Shown one piece after another: positions 1-9,132 of a DNA stretch of 64,000 nucleotides. This stretch comes from an uncultured Gemmatimonadales bacterium (GTDB lineage: Bacteria > Gemmatimonadota > Gemmatimonadetes > Gemmatimonadales > Gemmatimonadaceae): positions 3,552,001 to 3,616,000 of the forward strand of contig OY969695.1 in the NCBI GenBank assembly GCA_963701965.1, written 5' to 3'. The first letter of the stretch is position 1; each line of letters begins with the position of its first letter. Under the pieces are notes generated by a model. That model saw only the letters and a program-made list of their open reading frames with translations, did not search any database and was not told the DNA's origin. The translations under genes were made by a program, and so were the position numbers.

Positions 1-1
1 C

Positions 2-487
2 CTCGACCAGTCCTATGATGCCTTCACCGGCGCGCCACTCGACACGCCCGCGCTCCCCGGTCATCCCGCCGTCTTGCATCTCCGATCGATCACCAAGGAC
101 CATGCGTTGGCGGGGCTGCGCGTGGGATTCGCCATCGGGCCCGCGCATCGCATTGCGGCTTTGTCGCGCGTGCGGGTCCCGTGGACGGTGTCGGCGCCCG
201 CACAGGCCGCGGCCGCTGCGGCCATGACGAACGAAGCTGAGGCCCACGTGACGCGGACGATTGCGCTGCTCCGTGCGCACGCGGCGGAGCTGTGGCGGCA
301 CTGCGACGCCGCCGGCATTCGACGCGTTCCCAGTGACACCCATTATGGGTTGTTGCGCGCCCACGCCAACGGCGTGTCCGTCCGGGACTGCCGATCCTTC
401 GGTCTCCCGGGTTGGATCCGCGTGGCGGTCCGCACGCCGCCCGAAAACGCGGCGCTCACCCGAGCTCTTGGAGCCAGAGATGGCTGA
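2..487 (+). CDS. cobD: PLP-dependent class I/II aminotransferase-fold enzyme, threonine-phosphate decarboxylase (CobD/CobC)-like; 5'-truncated by window edge
   Basis: Frame open from base 2: LDQSY...LRSITKDHALAGLRVG (PLP lysine motif) and C-terminal VRDCRSFGLPGWIRVAVR; overlaps cobO. Confidence 0.7.
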   Translation, partial: LDQSYDAFTGAPLDTPALPGHPAVLHLRSITKDHALAGLRVGFAIGPAHRIAALSRVRVPWTVSAPAQAAAAAAMTNEAEAHVTRTIALLRAHAAELWRHCDAAGIRRVPSDTHYGLLRAHANGVSVRDCRSFGLPGWIRVAVRTPPENAALTRALGARDG

Positions 488-1103
488 CCGTACCGATCCC
501 CTGGCCCCGCCGGACGAGGGGCCCAACGTCCCCAAGCCGAAGCTCAAGCGGCCGCGCCTTCGGCGCGTGCCGCCCCGCGAGCAGCGACACGGACTCGTGA
601 TCGTGCACACGGGCCACGGAAAGGGCAAGACGACCGCCGCCCTCGGCCTGCTGCTCCGCGCCGCGGGCCGGGGCATGACGGTCGGGATGTTCCAGTTCAT
701 CAAGAACGCCTCGGCCGACTACGGGGAGCACCGCGCCGCGCGCCAACTGGGCGTTGAGATCACTCCCCTCGGCGACGGGTTCACCTGGCTGACGGAGAAC
801 ATCGCCGAGGATCGCGCCTTGGCCGAGCGGGGTTGGACGCGCTGCGCCGAGGCGCTGACCGCTGGCGCGTTCGATGTACTGATTCTCGACGAGCTGACGT
901 ATCCGCTGACCTTCGGCTGGCTCGACATCGCCACCGTGTTGGCCACGATTGCGTCACGACCCCGCGGCACCCACGTCGTGATCACGGGGCGCGACGCTCC
1001 GCCCGCCCTCATTGAGGCCGCGGACCTGGTGACCGAAATGCGCTTGGTCAAGCATCCGTATCGGGAACGGGGCATCGGCGCGCAACCGGGGATTGAGTTA
1101 TAG
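480..1103 (+). CDS. cobO: cob(I)alamin adenosyltransferase CobO/BtuR
   Basis: ATG at 480; GLVIVHTGHGKGKTTAALG P-loop, QFIK, LILDE, VITGR, ADLVTEM..KHPY..G..AQPGIE. Confidence 0.93.
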   Translation: MADRTDPLAPPDEGPNVPKPKLKRPRLRRVPPREQRHGLVIVHTGHGKGKTTAALGLLLRAAGRGMTVGMFQFIKNASADYGEHRAARQLGVEITPLGDGFTWLTENIAEDRALAERGWTRCAEALTAGAFDVLILDELTYPLTFGWLDIATVLATIASRPRGTHVVITGRDAPPALIEAADLVTEMRLVKHPYRERGIGAQPGIEL

Positions 1104-1138
1104 CCGGGATGGGCGAAAATGATGGCGGCATCGTTGCA

Positions 1139-1172
1139 GGACACGCTCTCCGTCGGCGCGCTGAGCGTGTCC
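1139..1172. terminator. 10-bp perfect inverted repeat between convergent cobO and cobS; possible terminator or mRNA-stabilising hairpin
   Basis: GGACACGCTC (1139-1148) / GAGCGTGTCC (1163-1172), 14-nt loop, no clear U-tract. Confidence 0.3.
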
Positions 1173-1213
1173 GAGATCGAAGTGGAGATCACGACCGTCC
1201 CGCGCGTCCGTCT

Positions 1214-1972
1214 TTACTTCACCCACACCGCCGCGACCGTCGCGTAGGTCGCGAGCTCGACCAGCTGGTTGGCGGCGCCGAGGCAGTCGCCCGTGACGCC
1301 GCCAATCCGACGGCGGAAATAGAAGCCGGCCATCGCCGTCACAATCACGGCGACGAGTACCGGGCCAATCGCCCGGAATTGCATCACGCCAGCGGCAACA
1401 GCGACGGCGATCGCTGACGCGATCGCCAGCCGCATCGTCCCCACATCACTAAACGCCGCGCCCTTGCTAGCCGCCGACGTGCCGGCCGCCGAGCTGACGT
1501 AGGGATATCGCCAGAGTAGCGCGACGCTGGACCACCGGGCGAGTGTATGGGCGACGACCAACGCGCGCAGCGCGTCGAGTGGCGTGAGCGAAGCGAGCGT
1601 AGCGAGCTTCGCCACGATGACGAGTATCAGCGCGACGGCGCCGTACGTGCCAATTCGGCTGTCCTTCATGATGGCCAGCACCCGGTCCGGCGCCGTCCCG
1701 CCGCCAAATCCGTCGGCCGCATCGGCCAGCCCGTCTTCGTGCAGGGCTCCCGTGATCGTCACCGTCGTCGCCACCGCGGCGACGGCCGCGATCGCCGGTG
1801 GCCACAGCAGGCTGGCGAGCCAGAACGCCGCGGCCCCACCGACGCCAACGAGCGCGCCGACGACCGGGAAATAGATAGTCGCGCGTCCAAAGTCGGCCGG
1901 GTCGACGGGCCCGGGCAGCGGGATGCGCGTGAGAAACGTGACCGCCGCGCCGAACGCGCGCCGATGTCGCGT
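1214..1972 (-). CDS. cobS: adenosylcobinamide-GDP ribazoletransferase (cobalamin synthase) CobS; apparent ACG start
   Basis: FLTRIP, FPVVG, TGALHEDGLADAADG, IMKDSRIGTYG, GGVTGDCLGA motifs; only an ACG (1972-1970) sits at the expected start, 1 nt after the cobT stop. Confidence 0.9.
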   Translation of the reverse strand, partial: TRHRRAFGAAVTFLTRIPLPGPVDPADFGRATIYFPVVGALVGVGGAAAFWLASLLWPPAIAAVAAVATTVTITGALHEDGLADAADGFGGGTAPDRVLAIMKDSRIGTYGAVALILVIVAKLATLASLTPLDALRALVVAHTLARWSSVALLWRYPYVSSAAGTSAASKGAAFSDVGTMRLAIASAIAVAVAAGVMQFRAIGPVLVAVIVTAMAGFYFRRRIGGVTGDCLGAANQLVELATYATVAAVWVK

Positions 1973-1973
1973 G

Positions 1974-2993
1974 TTACGCCTCGCGCGACACGTTGGCGTT
2001 CGCGAACGTCGCCATGTCGGACAACACCGCGGCGGCCGACCGCAGCAGCGGGATGGCCATGGCCGCCCCCGTGCCTTCGCCCAGCCGGCACTTGAGATCC
2101 AGCATCGGCAGTGCCCCCAACGCGTCGAGCGCGATGCCATGTCCCCGCTCGGCCGATCGGTGCGCGAAGAACAGATTGGCGCCGGTCGCGGGATCCAGTC
2201 GTACCGCCGCCAATGTCGCGACGGTCGAGATGAACCCGTCGGCCACCACGACCATCCCGTGCGCCGTGGCCTCCAGGGCCGCACCGGCGATGGCCGCCAT
2301 CTCGAGGCCGCCCAGGGACGCCAGTAGATGGCGTGGGTCGTCCGACGCATGCCGGCCCACCGCCCGATCGACGACCCCGCGCTTGTGCGCCAATCGTTGG
2401 TCGTCGACGCCGGTGCCGCGTCCCACCGTCTCGACGGCCGGCGCACCCGTGAGGCCACTCAGGAGCGCCGCGGCGGCCGTCGTGTTCCCAATGCCCATCT
2501 CGCCGAGACCCACGGCGCGGACGCCGTCGGCCGCCGCCCGCCGCAACGCATCGCGCCCCGCGGCCATCGCGGCCGTGCACTCGGCGTCGGTCATCGCCGG
2601 TTCGTGCAGGAAGTTGCGCGAGCCCGACCGGACCTTCGCGTGCACCAGCGATGGGATCGACGAAAGGTCCGCATCGACCCCGACGTCGATGACCTCGACC
2701 TCCAGGCCATTGGCCCGGGCCAGCACATTGATGGCCGCGCCGCCGCGCGCGAAGTTCCGCATCATCTCCGCGGTCACCTGCGGGGGGTAGGCGCTGACGC
2801 CTTCGGCCGCCACACCGTGGTCGGCGCCAAACACCAGGATGCGCGCCCGGTCAATGCGCGGGGTCAGGGTCCCCTGGATACACGCCAACCGGACCGCCCA
2901 CGCCTCGAGTTCGCCGAGCGCGCCCAGCGGCTTGGTCTTCTCGTCGATCGCCTGTTGGGCGCGAGCCGCGAGGGTCCCGGTCGCCGTGATCAT
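1974..2993 (-). CDS. cobT: nicotinate-nucleotide:dimethylbenzimidazole phosphoribosyltransferase CobT
   Basis: KTKPLGALGELE, ADHGVAAEGVSAYP, GEMGIGNTT, RLGEGTGA, MATF; ATG overlaps upstream TGA (ATGA). Confidence 0.93.
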   Translation of the reverse strand: MITATGTLAARAQQAIDEKTKPLGALGELEAWAVRLACIQGTLTPRIDRARILVFGADHGVAAEGVSAYPPQVTAEMMRNFARGGAAINVLARANGLEVEVIDVGVDADLSSIPSLVHAKVRSGSRNFLHEPAMTDAECTAAMAAGRDALRRAAADGVRAVGLGEMGIGNTTAAAALLSGLTGAPAVETVGRGTGVDDQRLAHKRGVVDRAVGRHASDDPRHLLASLGGLEMAAIAGAALEATAHGMVVVADGFISTVATLAAVRLDPATGANLFFAHRSAERGHGIALDALGALPMLDLKCRLGEGTGAAMAIPLLRSAAAVLSDMATFANANVSREA

Positions 2994-4558
2994 TTGTCCT
3001 TGTAGCCCGGCACCGGCCACCCACCGCCGAGCGCGCGGTACAGGGACACGACGCCCACCAACTCCTGCCGCTCCGCCGCCGTCAGCGACAGCTCGGCGGT
3101 GAACAGCGAGCGCTCCGCGTTCAGGACGTCCAGGTAGCTCGACACACCGGCCGCGTAACGGTCGTTCGCCAACTGGAGCGCGCGCCGCAGCGCATTGACC
3201 TGCGTCTGCTGGGCGACGACTTGCTCCCGGTCGGTGCGGACCTCGACCAGCTGACCGTCGACCTCGCGCGTCGCGTTGAGCACCGTCTTCTCATAGGTGT
3301 AGCGCGCTTCTTCCCGCCGCGCCTGGGCCGCATCCTGCTGGCCCTGCAGCGCGCCGCCGTGGAAGATCGGCACGGACACGCCGGCGAAGATCTGATACAC
3401 CTGATTGTTGAGCGAAGTGAATTGTCCTTGGGGCAAATACCGTTGCGTGTCGAACGCCTCGGCCCCCCAGCTGCCGGTGATGGTGAACTTCGGCAACCGG
3501 TCGTCGAGCGCGGCGCCCACGCGCGCCGTCGCCGACACGAGATTGTGCTCGGCCAGCCGGACGTCCGGGCGCCGCTCGAGCAGTGTCGACGGCACGCCGA
3601 CCGGGATCTCGAATTGCGACAACACTTCGCTGAGCGCCCGCCCGCGCGGAATGGGTCCCGGGTGATGTCCGAGCAGGAAGGCAATGGTGTCCTCCTGCTG
3701 GCGGATCTGGCGCTCGTAGTTCGCGACCTGCGCCGCCGGATCGGCGACGTTCGCCTGGAACTGCCGCACATCCAGCTCCGAGATTACGCCGCGGTTGAAC
3801 CGTTGGCGGGACAGCTCCAGCGTCTGCTGGTTCGATGCCAGGGTGTTCTTGGAGATCTCGAGGTCGAGGTCCAGTTCCCGGAGATGCAGGTACGCCACGG
3901 CGACGGTCGCCACCAGGTCGACAACCACGGAGCGGCGGCTGTCTTCCTGCGCCAGTAAATCGTTCCGTGCGGCCTGTCGCGTGTTCCGGAGGCGGCCCCA
4001 GAAGTCCAGCTCCCAGGTCAGGTTCGCTTGTGCTTGCAGCACGTTGATGGGCGGGATCACGACCCCCGGGCCGAACGCGACCTTCTCGCGTCCCGATTGA
4101 CCCGTGGCATCGATCTGCGGAAAGAGCCCTCCGGTCGCCACGCCCAGGTCGCCGCGAAATTCCCGGATCGTCGCCACCGCGATGCGCACATTGCGGTTCT
4201 CGTTCAGCGCCGTGACCACCAGGTCTTTCAATACCGTGTCCTGGAACAGATCCAGCCACGTGATGTTGGCCGCGGAGTCCGACAGCTTGTAGTTCGGCGT
4301 CATGAAGCTGCCCGTCCGGCCGCCTGACGCTTCGCCGGCGGGCGGCGCGTGCATCGTGTCGCCGGGGAGGTGGATCATGGAGTCCCGGCTCGCGGCCAGG
4401 GAGTCGAACGTCGGCCGGAGCGAGTCCTCGAGCGTGCTTGGTGGACGATAGGCGCTGGGCGGCGGCGTCACATCGGGCCGGTGGTACCCCGGCCCGACGG
4501 GACAACCCGTGGCAAACGCCAACAACGCGATGGGCAAAAGACGTTTCATATCAGTCAT
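2990..4558 (-). CDS. RND efflux outer-membrane factor lipoprotein (OprM/NodT family)
   Basis: Lipobox FATGC, WELDFWGRLR, PSTLLERRPDVRLAE, LYRALGGGW; start 4558 (or 4549). Confidence 0.9.
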   Translation of the reverse strand: MTDMKRLLPIALLAFATGCPVGPGYHRPDVTPPPSAYRPPSTLEDSLRPTFDSLAASRDSMIHLPGDTMHAPPAGEASGGRTGSFMTPNYKLSDSAANITWLDLFQDTVLKDLVVTALNENRNVRIAVATIREFRGDLGVATGGLFPQIDATGQSGREKVAFGPGVVIPPINVLQAQANLTWELDFWGRLRNTRQAARNDLLAQEDSRRSVVVDLVATVAVAYLHLRELDLDLEISKNTLASNQQTLELSRQRFNRGVISELDVRQFQANVADPAAQVANYERQIRQQEDTIAFLLGHHPGPIPRGRALSEVLSQFEIPVGVPSTLLERRPDVRLAEHNLVSATARVGAALDDRLPKFTITGSWGAEAFDTQRYLPQGQFTSLNNQVYQIFAGVSVPIFHGGALQGQQDAAQARREEARYTYEKTVLNATREVDGQLVEVRTDREQVVAQQTQVNALRRALQLANDRYAAGVSSYLDVLNAERSLFTAELSLTAAERQELVGVVSLYRALGGGWPVPGYKDK

Positions 4559-7500
4559 CCCCGGCGGGTGCCGGGGCCAGGGCAGGCGACGGGGCGCGGC
4601 GACGGAAGACACCTTCCTCGCTCGCCCGTCGCACAATGACGAACAACGTGGGGATGAACACGACGCCAAAGAGCGTCTCCAACAGCATACCAAAGCACAC
4701 GCCGGTGCCGAGCGAATGCCGGCTTCCAGCGCCGGCGCCGGTGGCGAACAACAGCGGTGTGACGCCGAGAATGAAGGCGAACGACGTCATGAGAATCGGC
4801 CGGAGCCGTTCGCGACCGGCCTCGATCGCCGCTTCCTTGATCGAGCGGCCCGCTTCGCGGAGCTCGCGGGCAAACTCCACGATCAGAATGGCGTTCTTCG
4901 CTTCCAGTCCGATGACGACAATGAGGCCGATACGGAAGTAGATGTCGTTCGGCATCGTGCGCAGGAACACCGCGAGGAACGCGCCGAACACGCCAAACGG
5001 CACGCCCAACATGACCGCGAGTGGCGTCGACCAACTCTCGTATTGGGCGGCGAGGACCAAGAACGCCATTGCCACGCCGAGCCCCAGGACCAACACGATG
5101 CTGCGGCCGGCCAGCGTTTCCTGATACGACTGGCCGCTGAACGCGAAGCCCAAGCCCTTCGACTCGTATTTTTCGCGCGCCAGATTGGACACGGCTTGCA
5201 GCATCTCTCCCGAGCTCTTGCCTTCGGCCGGCGAGCCCAGCACCAGTGCCGATGTAAACCCGTTGAATCGATTCAGCACCGTCGGCCCGGCCCGGAAACT
5301 CGTACGGGCCAGCGCCGAGATCGGTACCATCTGTCCCGAGGCGGCGCGCACATAGAGCTTGCCGATATCCTCCGGCGTCTCGCGGTACTGCTGCTGCGCC
5401 TCGAGCTGCACGCGATACGTCTTCCCGTACAAGTTGAAATCGTTCACGTAGTACGTGGACAGCATGGACGACAGCGTCGTGAACACGTCGCCCATCGGGA
5501 TGCCCAGCGATTTGACGCGCGTGCGGTCCACGTCGACGTACAGTTGCGGCACGTCCACGCGCATGGTGCTCTGCACCCCCTTGAGCATCGGACGCCCACG
5601 GCGGTCCTTGAGTCCGTTCGCGTCGGCCGTGAACTGCTGAACGAGGCTGGCGAACTTCCGGACGTCGTTCACGCTCCGGTCCTGCAGCTGCATCTCGAGG
5701 CCGGCGCTCGTGCCCAGGCCCGGGATCTCCGGCGCGTTGAAGCCGAAAATCAGCGCTTCCTTGATGCCGAAGAACCGGAAGTTGGCGCGTTGCACGACGG
5801 AGTCGACGACCGAGCCGCGTTTCTTGCGCTCATCCCACGGCTTCATGACGGCGAACAGCGTGCCCGAGCTCGTCTGGTTCGTGCCGAGAATGAGGCTGAA
5901 CCCGGTGAGCGAAAAGACGTGGTCGACCTCCGGCTGCTTGAGCAGATATTGCTCGACCTCGCTCAGTGCCGCGCTGGTGCGCTGCGCCGACGCGCCGCCC
6001 GGAAGCTCGACGGCGACGATGAAGTAGCCTTTGTCCTCGGTCGGCAGGAAGCCGGTGGGGACCGTTCGCCCGAGCTCCACGACGCCGAACACGATCAACG
6101 CCACCAGGCCGAGGACAGGGATGGGATGGGCGACGATTTTCTCCATCGTGCCCACGTACCAGTGCCGGAACTCATCGAAGCGCCGGTTGAACCACCCGAA
6201 GAAGCCGGTCGTCGCCGGGGCGTCCGACCCTTCCTTGAGCAGGATGGCGCACAGCGCGGGCGTCAGCGTGAGCGCGACCAGGCCCGAGATGATGATCGCG
6301 ATACAGATCGTGATCGCGAACTGCTTGAAGAGCTGCCCCGTGATGCCGCTCAGAAAGGCGACGGGGACGAAGACCGACACCAGCACGAGCACGATCGCGA
6401 TCAGCGCGCCGGCCAGCTGGCGGATGCCCTTGTCGGCCGCCACGCGGGCCGAGACGTGCTCGTCGGCCATGATGCGTTCGACGTTCTCGATGACGACCAT
6501 GGCGTCGTCGACCACCACGCCGATCGCCAGGACCAGCGCGAACAACGTCAGCAGGTTGATCGACATCCCGAGCAGGGACAGACCCAGGAACGTGCCGATG
6601 ATCGAGACGGGCACCGCGATCAACGGGATGAGGGTCGACCGCCATTTCTGGAGAAAGATGAACACGACCAGCGTGACCAGCAGCATGGCGACGACGAGCG
6701 TGCTCACGACCTCCTTGATCGAGGCCGTGATGAACGGCGTGGTGTCGTAGCCCAGGACATAGTGAACGCCGGGCGGGAAATTCCGCTTCAGCTCTTCCAT
6801 GCGCTGGATGACGGCAGTCTTGACGCGGAGCGCGTTGGCGCCGTTCCGCAGATAGATGAGCATGCCGCCGACCGGCTGCCCATTGTAGCGACTGAAGTTG
6901 TCGTAGCTCTGGGAGCCGAGTTTCACCTTCGCCAGATCGCCGACGCGGAGCACCGATCCGTCGGGTCGGGCGCGGACCACGATATTGGCGAACTCCTCGG
7001 GCGTGCTGAGCCGGCCAATGGCGGTGACCGGAATCGTGAACTGATTGCCCGGCGGCGCCGGCTCCCGTCCGATGCGCCCCGAGGGATTGGTGGTGTTCTG
7101 CTCCTGGATGGCGGCGATGACGTCGGACACGGTGACGTTCATCTGGGCCATCTTCTGCGGGTCGAGACTCGTCAGCATCGAGAACTGCAGGTTGCCGAAC
7201 GTCAGGGCTTGGCCGACGCCTGGTACCCGGCTGATCTCATCCTGCACGTAGATGCGCGAATAGTTGCTGAGCGCCGCGGCATCCCAGCTGGGATCATCCG
7301 ACGTGAATCCGAAGGCCAGCAGAATATCGGTCTGCGCTTTCTGCACCGTGACGCCGATGCGCTGCACGTCCTGCGGGAGCAACGGCTTGGCGATTTCCAC
7401 GTAGTTCTGGACGTCGACGGCCGCCAGATCTTCATTGCGCGAGATGTCGAAGTAGCAGCGGATGCTGAGCGAGCCATCGCTGGCCGTCGACGTCTGGTAG

Positions 7501-7766
7501 TACAGCAAGCCGTCCAGCAATGCCAGCTGCTGCTCGATCGGCGCCGCCACCGCTGTCGACACTTCCTCCGCGCTCGCGCCCAGGTACTGGGTCGTGATCT
7601 GCACCGTCGGCGGCGTAATGCGGGGGTAGGTGTTGATGGGCAGACTGCTGACCGCCGCCAGGCCGAGGAGCACGATCACGATGGAGATGACCATCGCGAA
7701 AATCGGCCGTTGGACGAAGAAATAGTGCAGGTCGCCCTCGCGGGCGGGTTTGGTCGGAGTGGTCAT
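4551..7766 (-). CDS. RND efflux permease, AcrB/MexB (HAE1) family
   Basis: 1071 aa; FVQRPIFAMVISI, LAIGVVVDDAMVVIENVER, KNAILIVEFA, RLRPILMTSFAFILG. Confidence 0.95.
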   Translation of the reverse strand: MTTPTKPAREGDLHYFFVQRPIFAMVISIVIVLLGLAAVSSLPINTYPRITPPTVQITTQYLGASAEEVSTAVAAPIEQQLALLDGLLYYQTSTASDGSLSIRCYFDISRNEDLAAVDVQNYVEIAKPLLPQDVQRIGVTVQKAQTDILLAFGFTSDDPSWDAAALSNYSRIYVQDEISRVPGVGQALTFGNLQFSMLTSLDPQKMAQMNVTVSDVIAAIQEQNTTNPSGRIGREPAPPGNQFTIPVTAIGRLSTPEEFANIVVRARPDGSVLRVGDLAKVKLGSQSYDNFSRYNGQPVGGMLIYLRNGANALRVKTAVIQRMEELKRNFPPGVHYVLGYDTTPFITASIKEVVSTLVVAMLLVTLVVFIFLQKWRSTLIPLIAVPVSIIGTFLGLSLLGMSINLLTLFALVLAIGVVVDDAMVVIENVERIMADEHVSARVAADKGIRQLAGALIAIVLVLVSVFVPVAFLSGITGQLFKQFAITICIAIIISGLVALTLTPALCAILLKEGSDAPATTGFFGWFNRRFDEFRHWYVGTMEKIVAHPIPVLGLVALIVFGVVELGRTVPTGFLPTEDKGYFIVAVELPGGASAQRTSAALSEVEQYLLKQPEVDHVFSLTGFSLILGTNQTSSGTLFAVMKPWDERKKRGSVVDSVVQRANFRFFGIKEALIFGFNAPEIPGLGTSAGLEMQLQDRSVNDVRKFASLVQQFTADANGLKDRRGRPMLKGVQSTMRVDVPQLYVDVDRTRVKSLGIPMGDVFTTLSSMLSTYYVNDFNLYGKTYRVQLEAQQQYRETPEDIGKLYVRAASGQMVPISALARTSFRAGPTVLNRFNGFTSALVLGSPAEGKSSGEMLQAVSNLAREKYESKGLGFAFSGQSYQETLAGRSIVLVLGLGVAMAFLVLAAQYESWSTPLAVMLGVPFGVFGAFLAVFLRTMPNDIYFRIGLIVVIGLEAKNAILIVEFARELREAGRSIKEAAIEAGRERLRPILMTSFAFILGVTPLLFATGAGAGSRHSLGTGVCFGMLLETLFGVVFIPTLFVIVRRASEEGVFRRRAPSPALAPAPAGDD

Positions 7767-7777
7767 CGGCTACTCCC

Positions 7778-8996
7778 TCAGTTGCGCCGGTCGCGCACCA
7801 TCGGCACGGAGGGCGCCGCGATGGGATCGTCAGTGGGCACGCCGCTTGAATCGCGTGTCGCGACGTAGGCCACCGGGGTGACCGGCGCGCCGGGGAAGAA
7901 GATCTTCTGGGTGCCGTCGACGACGACGCGGTCGCCGGCTTTGAGGCCGCTGTTGATCACCCACTGCGAGCCTTGCCAGTTCGCCGCTTGGACGGGCCGG
8001 ATCGCGGTCTTGTTGCTGTCACCGACGACGAAGACGTACTGGCCGGTGATGCCCTGTTGCACGGCCCGCTGCGGCACGAGAATCGCCCCGAGGCGCTCGA
8101 AATCGAGCAGCGAGACGCGGACGAACTGGGCCGGCAGCATAATGTGTTGCGGGTTCGGGAAAGTCGCCCGCAGCGTCTGGGTCCCGGTCGATGAATTGAG
8201 CAATGTCGGCGAAGTTCACAATGCCGGGTTGCGGGAACACACTGCCGTCGCTCAATGCCACGCGCACGCGCAGCTTGCCATCGGGCAGCCGGAGCCGCTT
8301 TTCGGCCACCTCGCGCCGCCACTGCAGCACGTCCTGGTCCGAGGGGTTGAATCGCACGTACACGGGATCGACCTGGTCGAGCGACGTCAGGGAATCGCCC
8401 GGGCCGGTGACGCGCGAGCCCAGGACCATCCACGCAATGCCGACGCGCCCGGCCACCTGGGCGCGGACCTGCGTGTCATCGAGATCTTTCTTCGTCTTGT
8501 CGACGGTGCCCTGCGCCGCAATGACGTCGGCCGAGTCCTGGTGCACCTGCGCCTGGGCATTGTCGACGTCCTGTTGGGCGACCGCGCGTTCGGCGAGGAG
8601 CGGGACGTCGCGATTCAGCGTGATCTTGGCGTTCGCCAAGCGCGCGCGGGCATCTTCGAGCGTCCCGATCGCGTTGTCGTAGGCGGCTTTGTAGGTCGTC
8701 GGGTCGATCCGAAAGAGCAGGGCGCCCTGGGGGACATCCGTGCCCTCGACATACGGGCGCTCGACGATCACGCCGGTGACGTTCGCCCGCACGACAATGT
8801 GCTTCGACGCCTCGGCCTGGCCGACGTACTCGAAGTGGGCGGCCACGTCCTGCGGCGCGATGGTCATCACTGCTACCTGCGGCGGCGGCGGCGCGCCCTG
8901 TTGCGGGGCCGCGCGACAGCCGGCAAGAAGGCCGAGCGCACCGACAATACCCGCCGACCAGACGCGGGACCTGCGAAATGAGCCTGCTCCTTGCAC
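7778..8996 (-). CDS. RND efflux periplasmic adaptor (AcrA/MexA-like), split by a frameshift near 8200
   Basis: ORF 8019-8996 gives lipobox LLAGC and barrel-sandwich/hairpin; ORF 7778-8203 continues NSSTGTQTLRATFPNP..VPQRAV..GLKAGDRVVVDG; join FADIA|LNSSTGT needs a 2-nt insertion. Confidence 0.88.
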
Positions 8997-9132
8997 ATCC
9001 CCCTCCGTTCAATTGCTTCAATCAATCGTTTAATCCCACGGTGGAATCCTGCCAGGGTCGTACGAGTTCCGCTAGCGGAGGTTTCGTTGTTGTTTCGGGA
9101 ACCCGAACCGAGCGGACTGTACTTTTCCGCTA

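Noticed and set aside
4509..7868. 1119-aa + strand ORF, and similar long ORFs at 23507-25876, 32809-34821, 51155-52903, 57348-59546
   Set aside because: Antisense shadows of well-supported genes; expected with GC-rich codon bias; no motifs.
1..9132. Cobalamin riboswitch near cob genes
   Set aside because: No recognisable B12-box in any intergenic region here; it may lie upstream of the window.
9000..9132. AT-richer divergent intergenic region with palindrome TCCGCTAGCGGA (9068-9079)
   Set aside because: Possible operator, but single copy and no adjacent regulator; insufficient support.
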